Shown here one piece after another: positions 19,014 to 30,600 of a stretch of 64,000 nt of DNA. Origin of the DNA: a virus; IMG/VR virus record IMGVR_UViG_3300044712_000429, positions 6,036-70,035 of that record; one strand, 5' to 3'. How positions within the stretch are numbered: the first letter of the stretch is position 1; each line of letters begins with the position of its first letter. Under the pieces are notes generated by a model. It worked only from the letters and a program-made list of their open reading frames with translations. It was not told the DNA's origin and ran no database searches. The translations under genes were made by a program, and so were the position numbers.

Positions 19014-20378
19014 GTGGCGTTCGATCCCTACTTCGGTAACGTACCCCTACTGCTCCACGGAAACGGCGCCAACGCTGGCGTCGTTTTCACGGACTCAGCA
19101 GTGGGTCGTACGATGACTGCTGTAGGGAACGCGCAGACCATCACGGGTACAAGGAAGTTCGGCACTGCGTCGATGTTCTTCGACGGCACGGGTGACGCTG
19201 TAACCGCCACCGACTCGGCAACACTGGAGATCGGTGCGCGGGACTTCACTATCGAAGGATGGCTATGGTTCGACGCGCTACCCACGGCGGGGAACCAGTC
19301 GTGGTTCTATGGAAAGTATTCGAGCGGTGTTGATCAACGCTCGGTGTCGTTCTACATCAACAACAGCGCCGGTACGTACAGTCTCAATTGTCTGCTGAAC
19401 CCGACAGGATTGAGTGCTGCGAACGTTGTCACTTCCGTCAACTTCGCAAGCGCACCGCCAGTATTCACCTTTCTGCATCTTGCTGTCACACGCAAGAGCG
19501 GTACGGTACGCTTCTTCGTGAACGGTGTGCAACTCGGTGCTGATCAAACGAACAACACCACCGCGTTCGATGGAACGTCGGATATTTCTATCGGCGGCAC
19601 GCACGTGGGAGCGAACGACCTCACGGGTTACATCGATGACTTCCGTCTGACAATCGGTGCTGCTCGATACATCGCCAACTTCACGCCGCCGACTGAAGAG
19701 CTTCCCGAGATCGGCACGGTGTGGGTTGATAACTTCAACGGCACCAACGGCAGCGCCACCTTCAACACCGCAGACCAAATGCCGCAGACATACTCGGCTG
19801 TTGGGGGTAATGCGCAATACAGCACAGCGGCAGGTAATCCGAAGTTCGGGACTGCCGCGCTGCTGCTCGATGGCAACGGTGATTACCTAACCCTACCTGT
19901 CACCGAGCATTTCAACTTCGGTACAGGTGACTTCACAGTTGAGTTTCATCTGCGGCGCAAGGGTGACAGTGCGATCTACGGTGCGTCCTCGCTCATCATC
20001 GACGGTCGTACAAACAGCATCACCTCTGGTCGAATGTCGATGGGTATGGGTGGCCCCGAAGGAACAGTGACTGGTGGTGTGACGATCCCGGCGAACACGC
20101 TTTACATGTACGTTCCCAACGGAACAGCCCCTGCGCTCGTCGCTCCGTCGCCGATGGTATTGAACCAGTATTACCACATTGCCTTCCAGAAGAAGGCGAG
20201 TGTGCTGACGCTATTCATCGACGGTGTGGAAGTCGGCTCTGTTGCAGACACGAACTCATGGTCGCTGAGCGGCTCACAACTCGGTGCACGCTACGCCATC
20301 AGTGGTAGCAACTGGAGCGGCTTCAACGGCAACTTTGACGCCCTGCGGATCACCAAAGGTTACGCGAGGTACTCATGA
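19014..20378 (+). CDS. Tandem LamG-domain virion protein
   Basis: DPYF.NV.LLLHG.G, two copies of KFG...FDG.GD...DFT.E...G.ID..R.T.G.ARY. Confidence 0.8.
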   Translation: MAFDPYFGNVPLLLHGNGANAGVVFTDSAVGRTMTAVGNAQTITGTRKFGTASMFFDGTGDAVTATDSATLEIGARDFTIEGWLWFDALPTAGNQSWFYGKYSSGVDQRSVSFYINNSAGTYSLNCLLNPTGLSAANVVTSVNFASAPPVFTFLHLAVTRKSGTVRFFVNGVQLGADQTNNTTAFDGTSDISIGGTHVGANDLTGYIDDFRLTIGAARYIANFTPPTEELPEIGTVWVDNFNGTNGSATFNTADQMPQTYSAVGGNAQYSTAAGNPKFGTAALLLDGNGDYLTLPVTEHFNFGTGDFTVEFHLRRKGDSAIYGASSLIIDGRTNSITSGRMSMGMGGPEGTVTGGVTIPANTLYMYVPNGTAPALVAPSPMVLNQYYHIAFQKKASVLTLFIDGVEVGSVADTNSWSLSGSQLGARYAISGSNWSGFNGNFDALRITKGYARYS

Positions 20379-21007
20379 GCTTCACACCTCCGATCATTGC
20401 ACCCACCGTATTCCTTGAGATTACGGGGACGATGGCGGCAACCCTGCCGGTTGTCCAGTTCTCCAATGACCCGCCGCTCAATGCAGAACTGACGCTCGTC
20501 ACCGCCTCCATCGAGGCGTACCACGGGATCATGATCGACGCCGCGCTGCCGGTAGTCGAAATGGAATCTGCTGGTGTCGCAGGTACGGCGATGGATGTCG
20601 TTGCCAAGCTCACCACGGTAGACGTGGCCCTGGCTGGCGGCGCGTTCTCCATCGACGCAGCCTTGACTACGGTAGAGGCAAGTGTCGACGCGATGGTGGG
20701 CAACCTGCTCAATATCGACGGTCGCCTGCCGCTGCTCGAAGACAGCATGGCCGGTGACGTGTGGAACCTGCTCACGATCAACGCACGCCTACCTCGTCCA
20801 TCCAGCAGCCTCGCGGCGCTGCGCGGGAACCTGCTCGTGCTCGATGCTGACCTGACCAAGACTCGCGCTCTGCTCGACGGTCACACGGGTCGTGCCTGTG
20901 AGATCGACGCCGAGCTGACAGCCATCGCTGCTTCTCTGGTCGTGTTCCAGCGCGTCGAGGGTAGCGTGTCTGCGCACATGACGAAACTGCGTGGAGAACT
21001 GCGGTGA
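20375..21007 (+). CDS. Structural protein with short internal repeats
   Basis: Recurrent I.A.L units; ATGA coupling. Confidence 0.6.
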   Translation: MSFTPPIIAPTVFLEITGTMAATLPVVQFSNDPPLNAELTLVTASIEAYHGIMIDAALPVVEMESAGVAGTAMDVVAKLTTVDVALAGGAFSIDAALTTVEASVDAMVGNLLNIDGRLPLLEDSMAGDVWNLLTINARLPRPSSSLAALRGNLLVLDADLTKTRALLDGHTGRACEIDAELTAIAASLVVFQRVEGSVSAHMTKLRGELR

Positions 21008-21462
21008 GCCAGCTCCTGACCCAAGTGACGAACACGGTGACCGCTGCTGTCACCACGTTCAATGACTACCCCTTCAACAGCATGACGAAGTTCCGTGGCG
21101 CCTACCTCGGCGCGAGCGATGCGGGGCTGACCCTGCTCGATGACGCCACCAGCGTGGAACCGATCGTTGGCACCATGGGTACGGGCCTGCTCGACTTCGG
21201 CACCGTGCAGCAGAAGCGTTGCTCGGACTTCTACCTGTCGATGCGCAGCCTGGGCGACGTGACCCTGCGCGTGGCGACGGACGAGGGTGCGAAGTTCGAG
21301 TACGTGATCAAGCCGCTCGACATCTCCACGATCAAGACAAGGCGCTCGCCCATCGGCAAAGGTCTCAAGGGAACGTACTGGTACTTCGAGCTGGAATGCT
21401 CGGACGAATTCGATTTCGATGCAATGAACATCGCCGCAGTGCCGGTGAGTAGGAGACTGTAA
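21004..21462 (+). CDS. Putative tail protein
   Basis: Y.FNS......YLG....GL..L; R..IGKGLKG.YW.FEL. Confidence 0.6.
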   Translation: MSQLLTQVTNTVTAAVTTFNDYPFNSMTKFRGAYLGASDAGLTLLDDATSVEPIVGTMGTGLLDFGTVQQKRCSDFYLSMRSLGDVTLRVATDEGAKFEYVIKPLDISTIKTRRSPIGKGLKGTYWYFELECSDEFDFDAMNIAAVPVSRRL

Positions 21463-23270
21463 TGGCAAACAGCATGACCGTGTCTGCGGCGAAGACTGCG
21501 AACGCACAACTGATCGCGGAAACTACCGAAGAGGCCAAGGAATTCAAGGACAAGATTGAAGAGCTTGTCTCCGAGCAGTACGTGTTCCCGGTGCTGAACC
21601 TCGTCACCAATCCGGTGGATACCGCCAACATCGTTGGTCGCGTGGACACGATCCCGGTGCCGAACGACTACGCCTTCGGAGCCTTCACCAAGGCTGCTCC
21701 CGAGGCACCCACGTTCGACACCATCGCAGTACCCGACTTCGGCCCGATCCCCGAGCTGATCATCAGCGCCCCGGTGGTGAACATGCCGGTGGCACCCAAC
21801 ACGAACCTCCCGGGCGCACCTGGTGCTGCACCAACGCTGAACGTCGTGGCGCTACCCGACGCCCCGGTGGTGACACTACCTGACGTGCCTAGCTTCCAGA
21901 ACGTCAGCATCCCTGCTGTGCCGTCGTACTCGATCCCGACGTACAACGCCGTGTTCCCCGACGATGATCTTCTGGCACCGTCCTTCACCTTCACCTTTGA
22001 CGAGCAGGCGTATCAGAGCGACATGCTCGATGCGCTGAAGGCAGAGCTGATGGACAACCTGCTCAACGGTGGTTACGGCATCAACACCGCCGACGAGCAG
22101 TTGCTGTGGGAGCGCGCACGCGAGCGTGAGATGCTCGCCGCCGAGACAACGATCCAACAGGCCACTGCCGACGCCGCGAGTCGTGGCTTCCCCATGCCGC
22201 CCGGGGCGCTGTTGGCTGTGATCGAAGGTGCACAGCAAGCGGCACTGGAAAAGATCAGCAGCGTGAACCGTGACATCGCCCTCAAGCGCGCCGACATGTA
22301 TGTGGAGAACCGCAAGTTCACCATCCAGCAAGTGCGCGAGACCGAGCAGATGCTGATCACCTACTTTGGCTACATGATGGAGCGTGCGCTGAACGCAGCG
22401 AAATACACCTCCGAGATGGGCAAGCACATCTACGACGCGCTGGTGGCCCGCTATCAAGCTCGCGTGGCCGGTGCGCAGGCGGCGTCCCAAGCCTACGAGG
22501 TTCAGCTCAAGGCCGGTCTCGCCGCGCTCGAAGCCTACAAGGTGGAGATGGAGGGAGCACGCCTCGCGGTGGATGTGCAAAAGCTGGTGGCTGACGTTTA
22601 CAACGCACAACTCGATGGTGTGAAGACCTTCGTGGATGTCTATCGCACACAGATGGAGGCGTCGAAGGTGGCCTCCGAGATAGAACGCCTGAAACTCGAA
22701 GCGTTCCGCATCTCGGTCGACACCTACTCTGCCCAGGTGGCGGCGAAGTCGGCTGAGTTCGGCATGTACAAGGCGCAGATCGAAGGCGAGATGAGCAAGG
22801 TTGAAATCTACAAGGCCCAAGTCGGCGCCTATGCTGAACAGGTGCAAGCCTACAGCTCAGGTGCCTCGGCCAAGCGTGTGGTGCTGGATGCTCAGATCGA
22901 AGCGGCACGGCTGGAACTGGAAACCTTCAACGGCCAGATCAAGACGTACACCACTGCGCTTGAAGCGGACAAGATTTACCTCGACTCCCTGCTCGGCAAG
23001 CACAACGCCGACACGCAGCGTTACAGCGCCCGTGTCCAGGCGCAAGCCGCCATCGCCGCGTCAACCGCATCGGCCACCAAGTCGAACGCGGACATGGTAT
23101 TGGCGAAGGCGAAGGTGGCCGGTGACTACGCTACCGCAACGGCAGCACAACTCACATCCCAGTCGACGCTTACGGGCAACCTTGCGTTCGGCATGTACAA
23201 GAACTACCAAGCAGTCATCACAGGCGCTGTGAACCAGACAGCCTTCGTCGGCGCAGAAATTCAGCAATAA
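21462..23270 (+). CDS. Putative internal virion/ejection protein
   Basis: Pro-rich N-terminal region, ASRGF.MPPG motif, long coiled coil. Confidence 0.65.
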   Translation: MANSMTVSAAKTANAQLIAETTEEAKEFKDKIEELVSEQYVFPVLNLVTNPVDTANIVGRVDTIPVPNDYAFGAFTKAAPEAPTFDTIAVPDFGPIPELIISAPVVNMPVAPNTNLPGAPGAAPTLNVVALPDAPVVTLPDVPSFQNVSIPAVPSYSIPTYNAVFPDDDLLAPSFTFTFDEQAYQSDMLDALKAELMDNLLNGGYGINTADEQLLWERAREREMLAAETTIQQATADAASRGFPMPPGALLAVIEGAQQAALEKISSVNRDIALKRADMYVENRKFTIQQVRETEQMLITYFGYMMERALNAAKYTSEMGKHIYDALVARYQARVAGAQAASQAYEVQLKAGLAALEAYKVEMEGARLAVDVQKLVADVYNAQLDGVKTFVDVYRTQMEASKVASEIERLKLEAFRISVDTYSAQVAAKSAEFGMYKAQIEGEMSKVEIYKAQVGAYAEQVQAYSSGASAKRVVLDAQIEAARLELETFNGQIKTYTTALEADKIYLDSLLGKHNADTQRYSARVQAQAAIAASTASATKSNADMVLAKAKVAGDYATATAAQLTSQSTLTGNLAFGMYKNYQAVITGAVNQTAFVGAEIQQ

Positions 23271-23280
23271 GGAAAAGATC

Positions 23281-24675
23281 ATGGCTACCTCAAAGAAGAA
23301 GATCGCTCTCGAAAACGCCAAGAACGCAGAGGACGTGTTCAAGGCTCGCGCCGCAGCCGACTCCGTGCGCGGCTCACAGGAAGCCGCAGCCGCTGCGAAA
23401 GCTGCTGCCGCCGCTGGAGCGGACGGAATCCCCGGCTCACTGCGTTCCTTCTTCAACAAGGTGCCTGTCGGTGCAGCCGCGAAGGAACTTGGTAAAGAGA
23501 TTGGCCTCGCCGGGGCGAAGGCACTACCTGTCGCAGGTAACGTGGTCTCTGGCGGTCTCGCTGCCAAGGGTGTCTATGACATGGTCACTGACCCTTCTCA
23601 GCGCACCCTTGGTCGTGCCGCAGAGACCGCGCTGGATGCTATCGGTGCAATCCCTGTCTTGGGTAACGCATCGAACGCTCTGCGCTTTGGCAGCAAGGCC
23701 GCTCAGGTGGGTGCAATCGCAGCCGGTGGCCTTCGCTCCGCACTGGGTACGGACGAAGCAATCCCTCCGGTATCTGTGAATCCTGCCGAGGTTGCCGCCC
23801 TGCGTGCAGAGCGCCCCGCACAAGCAGCCGCAGGAGCACAACCTGCCAGCCTTCAACCCGCCCCGGCTCCGACTCTTGAACAGAACATCGACGCTCGCGC
23901 CGGTCGCGTGGAAGACCTTCGTGGTGCCGTGTCGGACGCTCAGACCGCTTACGATAACTCGCGCCTACAGGGTGCAATCGATTCGTACGCGCAGCGGATT
24001 CCCGGCATGGCCGCGTTCGCCTTGGCGAGCCAAGGTATCCGCTCGGCACCGGAAGCAGCCACGTTGAAGAGCGCAACACGTGACTATGCAATGGCGCGCA
24101 GCGATGCAGCCCACGATGACAAGGTTGGTCTGGAACTGGGTACGCTTCGCTCTCAGCAATCCCTTGCCCAGGCGAAGATGCACCATGACATGCTGAACAA
24201 CACGGCAGATCGTGTGGGCAAGTTCGAGGCGCGTTCCACTGTCGGGCCTGATGGGAAGACGAACCCCGACGCTGCAGCGTTCAACTCTGACGTTCGCCGC
24301 ATTGCCTCCGACGACGCCGCGCTTGCCGGTGAGACTACCCCGACACTGGCGCTGGCGCGACTGCAAGGCGCTGTGGATGACACGAACGCCATGCGCAACT
24401 ACAACGACGTGGCATCGGTTAATCGCCGCATGAGTACAGCCCCGAAGGTGCTACCGGGTGCCGACACCGTAGGGTTCCGCGACGCGCTGCCGGGAGGCGC
24501 TGGACTGGGTGCAGCTATTCGCGCCAAGCTCACTCGCACCCCCAACGAGGTCTACACCGTTCGCACACCTGACGGACAAGAGCAACGCATCCTCTCCACC
24601 GATCTTTCCGGTGGTGACTCGACACTTCGCGCACGCTATGCGAAACAAGCAGGGCTGACACAAGGGAATCGTTAA
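23281..24675 (+). CDS. Putative ejection protein
   Basis: Ala-rich, between coiled-coil protein and giant protein. Confidence 0.6.
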   Translation: MATSKKKIALENAKNAEDVFKARAAADSVRGSQEAAAAAKAAAAAGADGIPGSLRSFFNKVPVGAAAKELGKEIGLAGAKALPVAGNVVSGGLAAKGVYDMVTDPSQRTLGRAAETALDAIGAIPVLGNASNALRFGSKAAQVGAIAAGGLRSALGTDEAIPPVSVNPAEVAALRAERPAQAAAGAQPASLQPAPAPTLEQNIDARAGRVEDLRGAVSDAQTAYDNSRLQGAIDSYAQRIPGMAAFALASQGIRSAPEAATLKSATRDYAMARSDAAHDDKVGLELGTLRSQQSLAQAKMHHDMLNNTADRVGKFEARSTVGPDGKTNPDAAAFNSDVRRIASDDAALAGETTPTLALARLQGAVDDTNAMRNYNDVASVNRRMSTAPKVLPGADTVGFRDALPGGAGLGAAIRAKLTRTPNEVYTVRTPDGQEQRILSTDLSGGDSTLRARYAKQAGLTQGNR

Positions 24676-27600
24676 TGGGACTCATACTCGACACTGCCCC
24701 TCTCGGTCTCCGCGCCGGAGCGTTCAGCGGGAACGGTAACGTCGCACCGCCCCCGCGTGGTGAGATCGAGAAAGGATTCAACCTCGGCGTAGGTGGCGTG
24801 GCTTCCGGCCTTCAAGGCTCTGTTGCCACGCTTCAAGACGCCCTCGGTTATCACGACGAGGCGCTGGCTCGCTACGCTGCTGCACGCCTTGAAGCTGAGC
24901 GCATGGCGCGTGAGAACCCGCTAGCCGTGCAGAACTTCACCGACATCAACAGCCTCGGTGACGCCGGGAACTGGGCAGCGGGTGCGCTCGGCCAAGCCGT
25001 GCCGTCCATCGCCACAGGTATTGGTGGTGCTGTCGCCGGTCGCCTGGGCCTCGGTGCCGCAGCGAAGTTCGCCAAGAATCGCGGCTCGGCTGCAGTGTCC
25101 CAAGCCCTGAGCAACCCGACACTGAACACCGCCGTAGGTGCTGGCCTCGGCATGCTTCCGCAAGAAATGGGTGAGAGCGCCATGAGCTTGTATGGCGACC
25201 CCACTGCAATGGCGAACACGACGCCCGTGGATCGCCTCGGCATCAACCTTGGAAAGGGGGTGGTCAATTCTGCGCTCGAATCCATCGTACCGGCCTACAC
25301 CATCGGCAAGGTGGTGAAGCCCGGTGTGATCAAGGGCGGCATGGGTGGCGCGGCGGCGCACGTGGGGAAGATTGCAGGCATAGACGCTGCTGGTGAGTTC
25401 CTGACTGAAGGCGCTCAGAACGTGGTGGGAGACCTTGCGCACGGGGTGGCGAACCCTGCGAACAAGGTGGACTGGAAGGAAGCCTTCAACGCCGGTATGG
25501 CAGGCGCTGTAGGTGGCGCGGCGATGGGTGGTGCCGGTGGTATCGCCGGTATCGCCAAGGACAAGCTCAGCAAGACTCCTGAGCCGAAAGTCACGAAGGC
25601 CGTGGACGACAACCGCAAGTGGACACAGCACTCGGAGCTTGACGGCCTCACCACGCCGCAGGAAGCCCCTCGGGGCTTGCGCAAGAACGGCACGGACGAC
25701 GAGCTGCTGGCGTGGCAGGGGCAAGACGACGTGGCGCGCACGCAGAAGGCCGTGAAACTCGCCAAGGACATGGTAAGCGATCCCGCTGCGCCGCAGGACG
25801 TGAAGCAAGCCTCGGCTGACTTCCTGACGGAAGCCGAGAACGGCAACGCCCAGGCATGGGCTGAGTACTCCGCTGCCTTGGGCCATCGCCGCGACATCGT
25901 GAAGACCACGGAGAAGGTGGAAGACTTCGCCTCGAAGGTGGGCGAGCTTCTGGCGAAGGGTGTCAAGAAGGTGGAAGGCACCAAGCAGAGCTTGATGCAG
26001 AACACCACGGCGAAGAACTACACCCCCACTGAAGCGGACTTGGACTTCGCACAGCGCCTGTTCTCGCGTGACAACATGCAGGGCTTGGACAAGAAGCTGG
26101 ATGACAAGTCAAAGGCAATGTTCGCCAAGTACCTGCGCGGTTACATCGAGAGCGGCTTCGGTGCGGAACATAATGACGGTGAGGTCGTAGTCCCCGACCA
26201 GCTCAGCGAGCTGCTTGGTGAACACACGGCAAAGGCGATCACCAACGCTGCTGACATCCTGCGCCGTGACCACGGCTTCAAGATGGACAAGACCTACGTT
26301 GAGCGTGTGAAGCAAGTGGCTGAAGTGGTCTCTGGTCACGCCACGGCGCGCAAGGCTGACAAGCAGATCATCAGTGACAACCTCACTTCCGAGGCGTACG
26401 ACACACTGCACGCTTCAAGGCTCGGTGACGTGGCGCAGATGGCGAAGGAGCAGGCGCTCGGCCTCGGTAAGCATACGGACAAGCTGAAGGCGCTCCTCGG
26501 CCCGAACACCGACGCGGTGTTGCAAGCGTTCCATGACAAGTACAAGCGCGAGTCTCCCGGTACGGTCGACCTTGGTCGCCAGCAAGTGGAGGATGACGAA
26601 GGTGTTGTTCACACAGGGCATGAAGGTGAATCCTCTGTGTCCGAGGACAAGGTCACTTATCACGGGCGCGATGCAAAGAAGGGTGGCCTCTATGACATGG
26701 AGAACCCCGAGCATCGTGACTGGCACGGCAAGAACCTTGCGGACATCGCCGCTCGCAAGGGTGCCACCACACGCTCCATCGGCGCTGCGGACTATCTGCT
26801 GAACAGTGGGATGAAACCAGAGCAGGCCCAGGCTGAACTTGAAAAGCTCCTCGGCGCACCTCTTCCGGCCTCGGCCAAGGAGCGCAAGCCTGTGCTGGAC
26901 GCACTGAACAAGCGTTACCGTGGCATTGAAGCGACGGTGCATGCCGGTGAAGAGGCTGACCCGCTGACCATCACACACGACGAGATGAAGTCCCTGCGCG
27001 ACGGTGGTGACAAGAAGAACCGTCACATCGGCTTGGGTCGCCTGACACTGGTGGCGAAGGACGGCAAGGAGTTCCACACGTCTTCGCAGCGCCTCATCCA
27101 GCTCATGGAGAAGAAGACGAACGCCGACATCAGCGCCACCGAACAAGGTGGTGTTGAAGCGAAGCGCCGTCAGTTCTCAGCAGCTCTGGCGTCGATCATG
27201 CAGAGCGAGAACTTCGATCACATTCGCTACACGGACAAGCAAGGTGTGACGCACGATCTTGCGAAGGGTGAGTCGTTGCCCAAGGACTTCGTGCTGTTCA
27301 ACTTTGGCCTGGGCAAGTCCGTCACCCTCGGTGAGGCTGAGCAAGGTCGCAGCGATGAGCAGCAAGCCAAGAAGGAAGCTGCCGACGAGCGCCGCCGTGT
27401 GTTGAAGGAGCGCAACAGCGAGCTGAACGGCTATCAAGTCACGCGCTATCCGAGCAAGGAAGCTGCTGCAAAGAAAGCTGCCGAGCTGTCCAAGGCGAAG
27501 GACAAGGACTACGTTCCTGTCCTTGGTGCCAACGGCAAGTGGCTCGTTGAGCAGCGCCGTGCCGCGAAGCGTGGCTACACGGACGGTGTGGACACGAATA

Positions 27601-30600
27601 ACCTTGCTGATTACACACGTGCTGAGCTGACGGAAGAGATTGGCAAGGCAACTGCCGGTATCGCCAACGCACAGAACGAAGGGCATCGCGCTGCGCTTGA
27701 GTCCCGCCTGGATAAGCTGAATGAAGAGCTGGCCCTGCGTCCCGATGACGAAGACAGCGGACCTCGGCGCGGTGACGCACAGATGTCTGCTGTGGTCACT
27801 GAGGACGCGGCAGTTGTGTCCGGTAAGAAGGCGTACGACGCAACGCTTGCCAAGCTCGCCGATGTGAACGAAAAGCTCCTGACGGTGAAGAACATCGTTG
27901 AGCGCAAGACACTGCGCGCTCTGCGCTCGGACTTGAACGCACAGCTTCGTCGCATGGAGTCCGAGAAGGAAGCGGGTTCAATCTCTGCGTCCGATACAGC
28001 GAATCAGCGCCGCCCCGACCTCGCCAAGCCGTTCGCTCAAGAGTTCGGCGATACGGCTGTGCAGAACGCCGCCTCTGGCAAGACGAACACGAACACCAAG
28101 TCTCCTTACGCAGGCAAGGCTACTCCGTCACTGGACGAAGGTGTTGTGTTCTCCGAAAACGCTGCTGAGCAGCAAGAATCCCAAGTCCATGTGCGCGACG
28201 AAGAGACCAAGCTCGACGTACAGGGTAAGCACAGCCGCAATCAACAGAGCGCCACTGAGCGCATCGGCACGCTGAAGGGGATCATCAGCACCACGGAGCA
28301 GCGCCTCGCCAAGGGTCGAGAGCTGCTGGCCAAGGCCGCACCCAAGAGCCGTGAGGCGATCATCGAAAACGGCAAGCGCCTCGCTGGTGTGCTGGCGAAG
28401 GCTCAGCGCGAGCTGGCCGAGGTGGAAGAGAACCTGAAGGTGCTCGACAAGAAACCAAGCGCCACGACAAACAGCGCAGAAGTCACCGTCACCCCTGAAG
28501 TAGAGGCGGCGATCCGCGAGTACGCGGAGCGGGTGCTAGGCCCGAAGTTCAAGGTCATCATCAAGGATATGGCCATCGCCGGTGAGTGGTCTCCCAAGGG
28601 TGCCATGCGTATTGCCACCACCGCCGTAGACCCCTACGGCGTGGCCCACCACGAGTCCATCCACGAGCTGTTCAAGCGCCTGCGCGATCACGGTGACGCA
28701 CGCACTCTCGAAGTGTTGAACAACCTGTCGACCAACAAGATCATCCGGCGCAAGCTCGAACAGCTTCTCGCCGGTCACCCCGAGGCAATCAAGCAGCTCT
28801 CTGATCCTGAAGAGTTCGCCGCGTACGTCTATCAGTTCCACGCAGCCGGTGTGCTTGAGCTAGGCCCGAAGGCCGAAGGTCTGTTCGCCAAGATCAAGAA
28901 CTTCATCAAGGGTGTGCTCGGTGTCCTGACGGAAGACCAGAAGGCCGAGCAAATCCTCATCGCCTTCAACCAGGGTGCGGCCAACGACATGAGCTTCTTC
29001 GGCCAAGCCATGAACGCCATGGACTCGATGAACGCGGAGTGGGGCAAGGTGACGACCAACCTGAGCGGCTACGTGGATAAGGCCAACGCCTTCCTCGGTT
29101 CCGTGGAAGGTCGCCTCGTCGGGAACAAGAACCCGCACCTCGACACCCTCGGTCGCCTGTTCGTGAACGTGGTCGGTGAGAAGGGTCAGCAAGGTCACCT
29201 TCAAGCCGTGCGCCAGAAGATCGACCAGATGGACTCCGGTCTCAAGCGTGCCATCGAGCGCGCCTACGGCCCCGACGAGGAGATAGACCCGAAGGATGTG
29301 GAGATGGCGATGGAGGCGATGCAGAAAGGCATCACAGCCCCTGACCGCATCGCTCGCAAGATTCAAGACGAGATACAGGGTCTCAAGCCGGGTGGCATGA
29401 CCAGCGACGGTCGCAAGTCCTTCTTCCTGCGCATGCACGAGTACCTGAAGGACTCTGGCGTATCCGTGTGGGACAACGAGAAGGACGCCTGGGTGCCGGT
29501 GAGCTACGTGGAGAACTACTTCCCGCGTGCATGGGACACGGAGAAGCTGGCATCAAACGGTGAGCAGTTCATCGCTTTGCTGCTGCAGCACCACACCAAG
29601 GACTTGCAGGGTATCGCCGACAAGGTGAATGCCGAGAGCAAGGCAGCGAAGCCGCTGACACCGGAGGACATCGCTCACGCGATCCTTCAGCGCCTGACCA
29701 CGAGCAATGGCCAGAACGACCTGGGCGAGACCAACTCGTCCATGGGCTTCGCGCCGTTCATGAAGGCGGTCAACAAGCGCACCCTGAACTTCATCGACAT
29801 GCGTGTGTTCGCCGAGTTCCAAGAGAAGGACTTCACCCATATCCTGTCCGGCTACATCCGTCAGGCTGTGAAGCGCGCCGAGTACGTGAAGCGTTTCGGC
29901 CTCGCCGGTGAGGTGGTAGAGAGCAACATGCGGCAGGCTCACGAGTGGGAACTCAACAAGGATGCTGACGGGATGGGTGTGAAAGACCTCGTCGGCAAGG
30001 CCAAGAGCGCATACCGCTTCGAGAGGGATGCGGCGATTAAGGCTGGCAAGAAGCCGCCAAGCGAGTGGCAAGACCTGATCCCGCGCATCATGAAGGACAA
30101 CGGGGTTGATGACCAAGGCGTGTCCGAGCTGACGAAGCGTGTGAACGAGCGCATGGTGAGCTATGCCAAGGCGATCTCTGCCATGGAAGGCACCCTCGGC
30201 GCTGACGCCTCTGACCTGACCAAGACTGTCAGCAGCTACATGATGGCCTACCAGAACTGGCGCAACCTCGGCTACGTCCTGTTTGCAAACATCATCGACC
30301 CCATGGGGACGATCATCAACGGCGGCGAAGTGAATGACGCCTTCGCCACACTGCGCGCCGGTCTCACAAGCATCGTCAAGGGCAAGGACTACAAGACCGA
30401 CGCGATCAAGCTGGCCGAGTACGTAGGCACCATCGACGCGAACCACTTCCACGGGATGCTCGGTGAGATGTACGGCTCACAGTTCACGGCCAAGGGTGCT
30501 GCATGGCTGAACGACAAGCTGTTCCAGTTCAACGGTATGGAAGCCTACAACCGTGGCGTCCGCGCCCAGGCGACGATGGTGGCGAAGAAGTTCATCGAGA

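Noticed and set aside
12424-20378. Diversity-generating retroelement or invertible tail-fibre cassette
   Set aside because: No reverse transcriptase, invertase, template/variable repeat pair or flanking inverted repeats seen; paralog similarity is diverged
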